64,000 nucleotides of DNA. Source: Paragordius varius. Taxonomy: Eukaryota; Animalia; Nematomorpha. The stretch spans positions 4,340,001-4,404,000 of the forward strand of contig OZ176055.1 in NCBI GenBank assembly GCA_964247055.1, read 5' to 3'. The first letter of the stretch is position 1. Each line of letters begins with the position of its first letter. Shown here piece after piece: positions 23,906 to 35,256 of the stretch. Position numbers and translations under genes: made by a program. The notes under the pieces were generated by a model. That model searched no databases and was not told the origin of the DNA. It saw only the letters and a program-made list of their open reading frames with translations.

Positions 23906-26706
23906 CAATCTCATAACTTATAGGTTTGAAATTACCATAATTGTCTTATCAAATTATATATAAAGTTCGATGGTATATTTTCAAACTTTTTATTATCACA
24001 CATTTTACAGTTTTTATAACCATTTCATAGAGTAAAAATTAATTATCATAATAACTAGAAAAGTAACTAACATTTAACGAAGTTCGCGTTTGTTTTCGTT
24101 CACCCATTTCATAAGCTACACGGTCCGTTAGTGCTATGCAACTCATTCTACGCGGTTGAGTTACACAAACGTTAGTTTGAGCCGCGGTTCGATTGCTCAA
24201 CGCATGTTCTCGAATGTATTGAGGGACCTGAGTCGATTTCCCGGAACCGGTATCACCCGTTATAACGGTGACGGCATTGTTTTCAATCGTTGATAGTATG
24301 GTGTCTCTAGAAACAAAAAAAATTTTTTATGGAATTAAATTGGTTCATAAAGGGATAATTTTGTTTTGGATATCTCTTCTTTAACATCAAATTAATAACT
24401 TTTCAAAAACTCAAGAAATTTTCTCTGTAAAGCAACCATATCTAAAAAGACGCATTTTTATGTTTTAAATAAAAATTTATATAAGGTGTATTTTAGATGA
24501 TAAGAATAGATTGGACATTTAGTTCTTAAATACCGTGTGAAACAGAATTTTTCACATCGATATAACTAAGATGAATTCGAAAACTCACGTTGCCTGTTTC
24601 CTTGACATAAAATTTATAACCTTTTAAAATCAGAGAAATATCTGCGGGTATAAAAGAAAAAATCACAGCAATGCTAAAATAAGTAAGGATTAAAATAAAA
24701 AATCATATATGTGGAAAATTATTTACCAACTAAATATAAAATCAAAGATAGAATTTTCAGGGGACGATATATACCTGTGAGCGTAAACTGGTAAAGTTTT
24801 ACGAAACATTTCCATAGAGTTTTTGTGGCGATTAGATTTGATTCGATTTGTGTAAATTTTGAAAGCTTCTTCATTAATCCAATCACTTTGCGTTTTAGTC
24901 AGGGGTGTCCATCGTTTATTCCATATAATGTCTCTAACCTAGTAATAATATTTGTCACCATCATCATATAGGGTAGGACTCCGTATTCGGAGTTTTCGTA
25001 CCACGAAATAAATCATATTCATAATATACCATTTCACCCTTGAACAATTCAAATTCACCCTCGAACAATTCAAATTCACCCTTGAACAATTCGAATTCAC
25101 CCTCAAACAATTCAAACATCCTACAAATAAATTATGTGTTTCCGAACTAATGTAACTCATTATTAATATGAAATAAATGTTTATGGGATAGTTTATTATT
25201 ATTTCAGTATTATTTTGATTTAAATCAAAATTTTGATTTTTTCAAAATATATTAAAATATAGATAATTTTTAATTTTAAAAAAATATATTTTATGGTATA
25301 TATATACTTCGTAGTAATCTGAGGCGATTTTTTACGTAACACATGCCCTTGTGTACAACTAATGATTTTATAGATCATTAGAACTAATCTTTGCCGTTAG
25401 CGCATTATCATGCCCCAGTTAACACTGCAGGGAGGTGACAATAGGACATGTGAAAATAAAAAGAAAAATATAAATTTATTTTCTCATATGAAATCAAATA
25501 TGTAGTGTCTCAAAAATGAAATCAATACCATTTATCTTCAAGGAAAAAACCTATTATGTAAGCGATAGAAATTCGACAGAAATAAGAAAAAATATATATT
25601 AGTTGTATTAAATAATGACGTTATCATAGTTTTGTTTTAAACATATAGCCTAAATCTAAAAATGTATATTACCGTTTGTTAACACCAAATTAAAAAAAGG
25701 TAATAAAAAATTATATATTATTTATAAAAAAAGGTTCCCCCCAAAAAATAAATGGAAAATTTAAATTAGTTTAATAATGTTACTATTTTGGTCTGATTTA
25801 TTGGCATATTAGACGTTGGGATGCCGGCCTGATTCAAGAGGCTATATATATCCGAATTTTCATATGAAGTTTCATCCAAATCTTCTTCATCAAGGCTTAA
25901 AAGACCTTAACCATTTCACAAATAACTTATAATTTTTTTTATAAAAATGTCGTTAAATTAAATAAATGGCTTAAAACAAATTTTAATGGTCGCATTTTTT
26001 AACATATAATATTATATATATTTGGCAAAAATTATTGAAATACTACAAAGTAATAATATTTTAATAGATGTAACACAAGAAAAAAACCTTTTTCGTTTTC
26101 CCTGTTTGGGGGCATATTTTGAATAAGGCTCAATTTGGCCGTTGGTATAAAGATTGATGCTTTATAAGAGAGATACTTTTCGGCTTTCTGCATTTCAGAC
26201 AAAAATGAATCAATATCATTCGAGAGTTTGCCATCATCAATGCATATTTCGGATGGTGGATTCATCCTTTCAAGTTGGCGAAGTAGGTAAGGATCAATAT
26301 TCTGACTGGGCTTTATGGCTTTTTCTTGATCGGAGGCTAAATCAAAACGCTCATCCAAATAATTTAATTCCTTAAGGAGCTTCATGGCATTCGCAATATT
26401 ATGCCTTTCGGCTAATAGCTTACGTTTAGATACAGATTCAAATACAACATGTTTTGGCCATCTTAATAAAAGAGTACTCTTCCAAAGATTTGAATTTGCA
26501 TGTAAGAGCGAACATTTTGTAACGGGTTTGTTATTGTCCCCAAGCTTAAGGGATATCTTATTAAACAACTGAACAAATTTAGTCTTTAAGGAACCTAGAT
26601 ATATATTGCTATATGTACCATTCGGGTCTACATTGGTTTCCACTACATGATAGGCATGTTTAACACTATAAAAACGAAGGTGTTGCTTTTTAAATCGCGA
26701 AAGCAT
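15340..26706 (-). CDS. DHX30: DExH-box RNA helicase, DHX30-like, with N-terminal dsRBD and putative mitochondrial presequence
   Basis: First exon [14 protein letters not shown]...[26 protein letters not shown] resembles the DHX30 dsRBD ([24 protein letters not shown]). Motif [14 protein letters not shown] (~24230-24270), [18 protein letters not shown] (~22810), [28 protein letters not shown] (20150-20175), HA2 and C-terminal exons, stop at 15340-15342. Confidence 0.8.
19766..20038. repeat. Inverted pair of 21-bp minisatellite clusters (TTCAAATTCACCCTCGAACAA) in a DHX30 intron
   Basis: About 2 copies on + at 19766-19808 and about 3 copies on - at 19975-20038. The flanking sequence is shared with the array at 25033. 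Confidence 0.7.
25033..25116 (+). repeat. Four tandem 21-bp units TTCACCCT(C/T)GAACAATTCAAA in DHX30 intron 1
   Basis: Directly visible tandem copies at 25033, 25054, 25075 and 25096. Confidence 0.9.
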
Positions 26707-26742
26707 GGTTATGGTGCTTACAAAAGTGCACACATGTGAAAA
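26707..26742. promoter_or_regulatory. 36-nt spacer between the divergent DHX30 and OGG1 start codons (putative bidirectional promoter core)
   Basis: The DHX30 ATG is at 26706-26704 (-) and the OGG1 ATG at 26743-26745 (+). OGG1 has an in-frame TGA at 26737-26739, and the DHX30 frame has no upstream ATG before it closes. Confidence 0.65.
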
Positions 26743-29700
26743 ATGCTGGAGACTTTTGTTAAATCCGCAAATTTTAAAATCCCAAAGCAACAACTCGATT
26801 TAAATATAACCCTTTTTAATGCACAATCCTTCAGGTTAAATGACATTTAATATATAGATGGCACAAAATAAATGACAATAATTATCAGGGTGTTATCCAT
26901 TCTAATGTTTGGGTTTTAACTCAAACGTATGATCAAATTTCTTGCAAACTTTACGATTGTAATAATCATGTCAGTGATCTAAAAACTCTATTTTTTAGTA
27001 TCTATTTTAATAAATGATTAGATTATTTTAATTTAAACGTTGATATTAACCATAACAAGGCGTATTGGTTTGAACGCGATCAAGCACTGAAAAAGTTTTG
27101 TGATTCTCTCCATGGTTTACGAATTTTGCGTCAAGATATCGTTGAAAACTTGTTTTCTTTTATTTGTTCAAGCAATAATAACGTTAAACGAATCACAAAA
27201 ATGATCCAAAATTTGTGCACCAATTATGGCAATAAAGTAGTTTTTATTTGATAATACGGTAAAAATTAGAAGACAAAACTTAAAAAGGATTTTTTGTCCA
27301 AGCAGACATATTTTTATCATTTTATTCAATTTAATTTAAAAATATGTTTTGCAAATGGTTGTCTTTTTAAAAAAATTGTATTTCAATTTTCATAATTTTA
27401 TAAATTCAATTTTAACTGTAAAAGTTGCCCCAAGTAAACGGTATTGATTGCTTTACTTTTCCAACCGTCCAACGCTTAGCTCAAGATAAATTAATAGTTG
27501 AACAACTTAAATCTTATGGTTTTGGTTACCGCGCGAAATATATTTTTGAAGCTGCAAAATATATCCAAGAAAAGGAAGATCAATTCAGTATGGTATAAAA
27601 CATTTATTTTAATCAATCAAACAAATTAACAAATGATAATTTTCAATTATATGTATGAGGCGAAAACGGAATAATTTTTGCTGTAAACTACAATTAAAAG
27701 AAAAAGCAAGCTGATTTAATTAAAACGTTCGTCAGATCGGCTTTAGCTGTCTATTGAATTTTTAATTTTTCAAATTTTAGCCTTCATCAAGGGGTCTTAA
27801 TTTTTGTGTATCTAACCCTTTTATGTTATTATATTGAATGCCACATTTGACATTGCTCAATGTTAACTTATATAAAATAATATAGCTTTTATGCACTTGT
27901 TTAGAATTCTTACCATAGAGAATATTACGGATAATTATCAACAATTGTTTAATTAGCCTATGTTTGATCATATGTGTTATCTATATCTTCTTTGGAAAAT
28001 ATTTATATAATGTTTGTATTTACATTAATCGGAAATGAATACTCCAATAAAGTATAATCTCTGTCATGTCCCGAAATTCCAACAGCATAAATTTGAACTT
28101 TAAGATGTATATGATGTAGAGAAAATATTTTAAAATTACTCATTTGCTTATCAATGCCTTTTTAATACTTAAGAGTGTACCGTAATTCTTTTACTTTTAT
28201 ATATATTGACTTCCAAAATTATATCAAAAGTGATGATTACCTGTTAGATATAAATAGCAAAATCTTATTAAGGTGTATGTTAAAAAAATTTGATGTCACC
28301 ATCTTTAATCCGACACTATCAATTTCCCGAATTGCAAAATGCAACAATAACGAAATATTGAATATTCCATATAACGTTCTGTATACTATGCACTTTAGTT
28401 TTTTCAAAAAATGTTCACTTTGGACTAAATTTAAGTGAAAGGGTTATAGATAAAAGAGTTAGTGTTTTAAAAGATGCATTGTCACATCGAGTTCTTAATA
28501 AAACAAGTTTCTACAAAATAAATCTTGCTATACAATGCAATATCAGTTTAAATAAAATCTGTTAACTATGTGTAACAACTGATATATATTGAATATAAAA
28601 TGCTTAGCATAATGATAAAGGACATTTCTATACATAAAAATTCTTTTCCTAAAAAATATAAATTTTTGAAAGCCTGATTATCTAGCCCAAAATAACGGAT
28701 TATATCTGGGGACAAACCGAAGCAGCCGATCGAATCAAACTTATTAATGAATTATCAGTATTTTAATAGTTAATAAATATCAAATTTTTTGATATTAATA
28801 TTTATAGATTTAGGCACACACACAATATATATATATATATATGCAGTTTTAAACAAAGAAAATGGTGATATTATCACCAAGGCTTCGTCATGGTTAGCCC
28901 ATTTACGCGATGAATGCACTTACTCACAAGCTCACAAAGAACTAATTCAAATCCCCGGGATTGGACCTAAGGTTAGTCATTATTTTATTTAACGCATAAT
29001 TTTGTAAGATTATTTAGAAGCATTAGTTCAAAGGCTAAATTTTATCCAATTTGTATTGTTTTTAGGTGCGTCGAATATGAATAATATAATATATAGAGGA
29101 TTAGATAGTTATCTATTTTATAATTTAAACTAATCCTAAATAGTAACTTTAATGGTTAACATTTCGCTACTCTCATTATCTAAATAAGGACTACATTTTA
29201 TCATTACTATTTACGTATTCAATTATAATTCCATGGTATAATTGGTATTGGTTTTATACCTTAACCCATTTTTCATTTTTGCTTTGTTAAATCTTTTTTT
29301 GTTGTTTGATTATAAATATCTTTTAAATACTTTCTAAAACTTAAACAAAATAATTTAGGGACCTATGTTCACTAAATTAATGAATACATAGTTAGCTTTC
29401 ATTTTTTCGTATCACTAGTAATCTTTTTTAGGTGGCAGATTGCATCTGTCTTATGTCACTAAACAAAATGGAAGCGTTTCCAATCGATACTCATGTATGG
29501 AATATTGCGAAAAATTTATATCACATACCTGCCTTGCATGATAACCCACACAAATTGCAGCAAAAAACATTAACACAAAAAACTTACAATGATATCGGTA
29601 TATATATATTTTTTACACTCTAATTGCTTGGTTATTATAAATATATACATATATTTTAATGAAAACCCCTAAGCAATAAAAGCACTAAAAACTTACCATA

Positions 29701-30176
29701 AAATCGCGGTTATATACTTTTTGGATTCTTTTTTTGTTTTCACGGTGATTATTTTACAGTAATTTTTGTCACAATAAAATTATAATAAAGAGAAAAAGAC
29801 AAAAAGTAAAAGATGAATGATATGTTTTGTACGGAACCCCATTTTGACCATTATTTTTACCATATAACCTTATAAATCCAATTGTCAACATTGCAACCCA
29901 AATGGTATAAAAAAATATTATTTTTTTAATTTATTTTTGATTTGTTTTTATAATTTCAATTTTATTCGAATTTCATTTACATCAATAAATTTATTTTATT
30001 ATATCTAAGCCCATTTTCCATTTTATATATTAGGTGATTTTTTCCGTTCCTTATATGGACCATATTCAGGGTGGGCTCATTCTTACTTATTTACTTTTGA
30101 TTTAAGAAAAATGAAGTTGCCAACAAATGTTAAAGTTTCCTCAAAATCAGCAACCGTGAAAAAATATAAAAAATAA
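26743..30176 (+). CDS. OGG1: 8-oxoguanine DNA glycosylase
   Basis: Exons 26743-26834, 26858-26997, 27022-~27237, ~27424-27588, ~28847-28971, ~29432-29597 and 30034-30176. Protein MLETFVKS...LFNAQSFRW...[26 protein letters not shown]...GFGYRAKYI...[17 protein letters not shown]...PIDTHV...[13 protein letters not shown] shows the HhH-GPD motif with catalytic Lys and Asp. Confidence 0.95.
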
Positions 30177-30554
30177 TTTAAGATGCATTTTTTATATATG
30201 TGCAATTCTTATTTATATTATAATAAATGGTATTTACAATGATTTTTAATAAATATCAAACCAACGTTACCAAATGGATGTGCACTTCTAATTTTAAAAA
30301 ATAATTATCACTCTTAGCCATGTTTTTTATAGGTTGGTGATAACAAAAAATGACTTAAATTGTTAAATTTTTCAAAATACTATAAAATATATTTATTAAA
30401 TATAATATTTACTGTTTGGTACACAGATGTCACATGGGAATATCGCTTTTTAACTTAAATAAGCATGATCACATAATGTAAATTTTAAAATAGGTATATA
30501 ATGATTTAAGTGATTGCATCCAAATATTACGTTATAAAAATTATTTAGTTGTTT

Positions 30555-33500
30555 TCATTTATAATCGCCTTGTGCCTTAAGCTGCTCTGGTGTTTTAGAT
30601 TTTTGGTTTATAATGACTTTTTCGGAAGTTTTTTCTGATTTAACAGGTGAATTTTCCACATAGGGATTGATTTCTTTCGTAGGGGAAGATGGTGTAAAAG
30701 GATCCAATCTAAACAGTACATAATTATTTATTTCAATCCATAATATAAAGTTGGTTTTTGTTAATTAAAACTACTTTGTGGTATTAGCGTACGATAAAAA
30801 TATCCCAAGCAAAATAAAATGCTCATGCATAGGACAAAAAAAGTACGAATAGGATTGAAACTGAAAAAGTTATAGAACTTAAGTTATAAATCAAATAATT
30901 GGAAAAACTATTCATAACCTCATCCATGAACGATCCTCCGACTAAATTTTACTGAAACGCTTATACAATTACCAACATTTTAATTATGCCAATTAATTGT
31001 AAAAAGCGGGGCTTCGAACGGGAACCGGGGTTTCTATGATTTTAAGAGTAACCGGTTCCGTTGAGTTGCAACCACCCCGGTTTCGGTTCCACCTTTCCCC
31101 AATAGTTCTGGTAAAAAGTTATAAAATTTTTGTCCTGAAGCATCTAGTTTGTAAATATATACAGCAATATATATAATGTCTAAAATAACACCATATTATA
31201 ATTAAATATTAAAGGTTTCGATCGTTATTTAGAGTCAAAACCACATGGAGTCGCACAAACACATGAATGAACATATTTTAAGAATCAGTAAATATTAGTA
31301 TTATTATTGATGGGCATATATGTGCAAAATATGTGAATAAAATTGGCTTAATTATAAGAAGGCAGCCTAATTATGTTCATCGCAATAATAAAAATTATTT
31401 ATGCGCATAAAAACATGAAAAATGGGGGAAGATAGGAACATCTAAAAAATAGGCTGAACAAAAATATGTTTCAGAGTTTATTATTTAATATATAAGCAGT
31501 CAAATATTTTTTACGAAATGTTTTACATAGTCCATTATAAAAACTCTTTTTAAAAACACTTTCTTGCAATAATTCACTATATGAAAGTTGATTTAAATAA
31601 AATATGATTATCAAAAACATATATTAAATTACAAAGCTCTAAAATGTATAGTTTTGAAAGTTCCGGACTCTAAATTTAGATGGCATCCAAACCCATCTAA
31701 AACAAACAGCTGATCAATAAATATTAAAATTTCTGTCAAAATGCAAACAAAAGCACTTTAAAGTCAATTAATATTACTTGTAACCAAAATATATACTTTG
31801 CCATTTTTCATAACGATTTAAATATTGAAAAAAAAGGAGACAAAATAATTATAATACGGGTATCATATTACATTTTTAAAAATATTTGCTAATGGATATA
31901 AAAAGCCATGGCATTTTAAATCTAGCCCGATATCTTAAGTATATTTTATGATAAACTAGAACTGGTCTAATTTATAATTACCAAAATAATTTATCGATCT
32001 AGATTAGACATTTGATACAATATTTAATTTCATATATCTAATTAACATTATTTATTTAAGTTTAAATTTGCCTCGTAAGGTATTAAAGTTCCGTGTTATT
32101 AAGGAAATTAAATTAGAAACCAGAATCAAACAGAAAATAGAAAAAATTTATATTCAAAGCTTGGCCTTACTTTAAAAAATATCAAATAGATTTTATTAAA
32201 CTGATTTTCAAAAAATTAACATTGGCTAAAGAATCGACAAAAAGCTCAAAACACCAATAATTTATTTACCTGCTCGTGTTTCTAGATACCGTTTCAGATG
32301 AGGACAGATAAGTATCACTAGTTGAACTAGAACATTCTTCGGTTTCATTGGCTGAATGAATGGTCGGATCGGGACTTTTAGATAGGGGCGAATGATTAAT
32401 ATCACTTTTTGTCGGCATACCGCTATCAAATCGAGCTAAATTCCTTTTTGAAGCCATATCATAGTTGGGTAAATGACCGTCACCCCTTATATTTGCATGT
32501 GCAGTATTATCATTTGGATACTTTGAGGTTTTATGGATCATCAACATTTTTTTCCCAATGTCCGCTTGGTGACTTTTGTCTTTTGCGTCGTTGACATCTA
32601 GGTCGGAATAATAATGTTTTTCATTCAAAGAGGTGTTACTGTTTGTCGTGGTTGAACTACTACTAGGGGTACTTACATTACTACTATAACTACTGTAATT
32701 ACTTATGTCAATAATTTCTCCAATACTTCCTCCTCGTGTTAAATTTTTTGAATCCATAGGACTTAACATATTGTCCAGTTTTGTTGTTCTCTTGCCCTTT
32801 GTACCATTAAAATTTTTGTAATTGCCATTTTTGTTTGCATTGTTTTCGTCGATTGAATTTCTTTTCGGTTTAACTCGACGTCGTTTACGTTGAAGAAGGG
32901 ATAGAATCCATAATTCTTTGCCTAAACCGTCTTGAAATTCTCTGTTTTCTTGTGAAGATTTCCTACCATTTTTTGCATTGGAATCGTTGTTTTGATCAGA
33001 GGGTGTTGTTTCATATCCTTTATAGCGATACAAGTAAATTAATATGATAGCTAGGATCATTGTTGATGCCCCCAAAGTTCCAACTATACCAACAACCCGT
33101 AAAAGATTAAGCCTTCGATTATACAAAATGGCATCTTTATCAATGCCTATTGTATTATGCGCTAAGCGTATTGTTTCACTTTCCATGTTATCAACACCAT
33201 CTCGTTTGGCATGAGAATCAATGTACCTAGTTAATGCAGAATCAAAATCAGTTTTATTCGTCGTTTCTTTTAATGCATTATATTGCATTTCAAGGGATAT
33301 TACAGGGGCGGGTTCATACATTACTCTGTGATTTTGGGCAACGCCAAACGCATATATAATGATACAAATACCAGCTAAAAAAATGAGCGATAAGACAATT
33401 ATCATATACTGAAACCAAGTGAAATCTATCATGAAATCATTTGTGCCATTTTTACCTATTTTTCCCGATGAAGGTGGTGGTGTATCAAATTTAAATTTGG

Positions 33501-33927
33501 TATTTTGCATTGATTGATAATTTTTATTCATGATTTCGTCCGTGAAATAGCCATTGTTTCTAGCGATTGACTTTTTGGAAGCGTTGCTTGATAATTTATT
33601 TGTTGTAGCTAAGTCGGAATTTTTGTAACTGTTTAACTGTTCAAAATTATCTTTTGCGTTAATGGTTTTGCGATTTGCGTTACTTGATAAGGTTGTTGGA
33701 TGATTGACTAGATGTTTGGAATCACTATCTTGCTGAGAAAATTGATTTGTAGGGTGTTGTCTCTTCTGAAGCTCATAAAAATTATGAAGATGTGATCGTA
33801 TCCCATAGTGAGGTGATAAAATTTTCGGATATTTTTCTTTGGAAATATTTTGTTCCCAAGGCGTCTCAGAATCACTATAATAATCTATAGGATGTGGAAT
33901 TAAATTAGCTGTATCATGTGTGGCCAT
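30555..33927 (-). CDS. Two-TM membrane protein, neurensin/TMEM74-like core with long Ser/Thr/Asn-rich tails (~600 aa, 2 coding exons)
   Basis: Exon 1 is 32270-33927 with TM1 WFQYMIIVLSLIFLAGICIIIYAFGV and TM2 LRVVGIVGTLGASTMILAIILIYLY, preceded by IDKDAILYNRRLNLL (compare neurensin VDTHAVQFNSALD). The ORF stop lies inside a donor AG|gtaaat (phase 2) that joins in frame to exon 30555-30708 (LDPFTPSSPTKE...GDYK*). The family call is tentative. Confidence 0.6.
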
Positions 33928-35164
33928 TATACGATTTTTTATTCGTTAGCTGTTTTATTATCCCTTCTTTAAGACAAAATAATTATTTTTGGTATTTTCT
34001 TACGAATTAGAGCATAATTTACATTTACAGTCCATCGCTAACATCTAAATAAATGAAAAAGTGTGTTAAACAATTAATTAAATTAGTGTTTTTTTTCATT
34101 AAACAAAATTTTTAAAATAAATTACAGAGTCAAAAAACCATATATATATATATATATATATATAGATATGTATGTAACTAATATTGGCGTAGGAGTTTTT
34201 TCTAATTTATTTTCTATTGCAATCTTCCATGAAAACTTAACATCTACTACAAAAAGTGAATATGGGAAATGGATTAGGTAAAAAATCTATAAAATATAAA
34301 AGCCATTTTGTGTCCCTTTGTGTTCACCTCAATTTTAAATATTGTATATATTTATATATTAACTTCATATACTAGTTAAATTAATCAATATATATTGCTT
34401 TATTTAATTATTTAATAATATTGGCGTCATTTTTATAAAAATTTATATAGGATAAGATTATTGCATTAAAAGTAAGTCTCCTCTTTTTATTCGACGCTTT
34501 GAGAATTCTCCACCATAGTTAAATTTATATCCTTTTGATTGCTTTTTTATGGTTTTAAAATCAGTTTAAAACCTATATATTAAAATCCCTTTAATGATAT
34601 AAAGAGGATTTTATATCAATTGACAAATACATAAATTTAAAGCTTAAGAGTATAATTTGTAAATCACTTCGCACCTTTATTTGGTAATAGGAGAGAAAAT
34701 CAATAAATATTGTTTACCTAAAGAGTCACCGCAAAAATATTATGATATTTAGCTGGGGTCGAGTTAGAGTTGTGTTATGTAAATCCTATGCCTTTGTGTA
34801 AGAAAATTTATTTTTAATAAATTATTCTTATTTTTCTTTACACAAAAATTGTATAACGACAAATTATCAATGAAGCTTAAAATGTATCAAAACATTTAAA
34901 AACTATAGTGGAAAATGAAAATATACAGACAAAATTTAAGAAAATAAAACAATTATTTTTTCATAAAGACAACCATATTTTTTAAAAACTTGATTTTTTC
35001 AAATCGCAGATAAAAGAATAGCATTATAAATGAATAACAAACACACTGATACATTTACTAGTACATGTAGTATTAAATTAAGGATTAAAAAGGTATGGAT
35101 GTGTTTTAAGAAAAAGTATTTATCTTTTGTTTTTACATTTTGTCTGTATAATTTCAAATTTTAC

Positions 35165-35256
35165 TGGAAACTAATAAGTGCACAATAGTTGTTGAAAATG
35201 ATTAACTATGTGGAAACTAATAACTGCACAATAGTTGTTGAAAATGATTAACTATG
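35165..35256 (+). repeat. 46-bp tandem duplication
   Basis: tggaaactaataa(g/c)tgcacaatagttgttgaaaatgattaactatg occurs at 35165 and 35211 with one mismatch. Confidence 0.9.

Noticed and set aside
24899-24915. tcaggggtgtccatc looked like a hAT MITE terminus
   Set aside because: It lies inside a DHX30 coding exon (24777-24938, [20 protein letters not shown]...) and has no partner TIR.
27700-28750. Possible foldback in the large OGG1 intron
   Set aside because: Only a ~20-nt inverted match (gatcggctttagc / gaagcagccgatc) is clear; the arms are otherwise unconvincing in AT-rich DNA.
31005-31110. GC-rich island with a B-box-like GTTCGAAGC and T-run (possible Pol III ncRNA or exon)
   Set aside because: There is no A-box or cloverleaf, and no frame joins neighbouring exons cleanly. 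The repeated GGAACCG/CCGGTT motifs after gcggggcttcgaac fit a decayed transposon end better.
32266-33927. Intronless gene or retrocopy interpretation of the 553-aa ORF
   Set aside because: The stop codon overlaps a strong AG|gtaaat donor that splices in phase to a downstream exon at 30555-30708.
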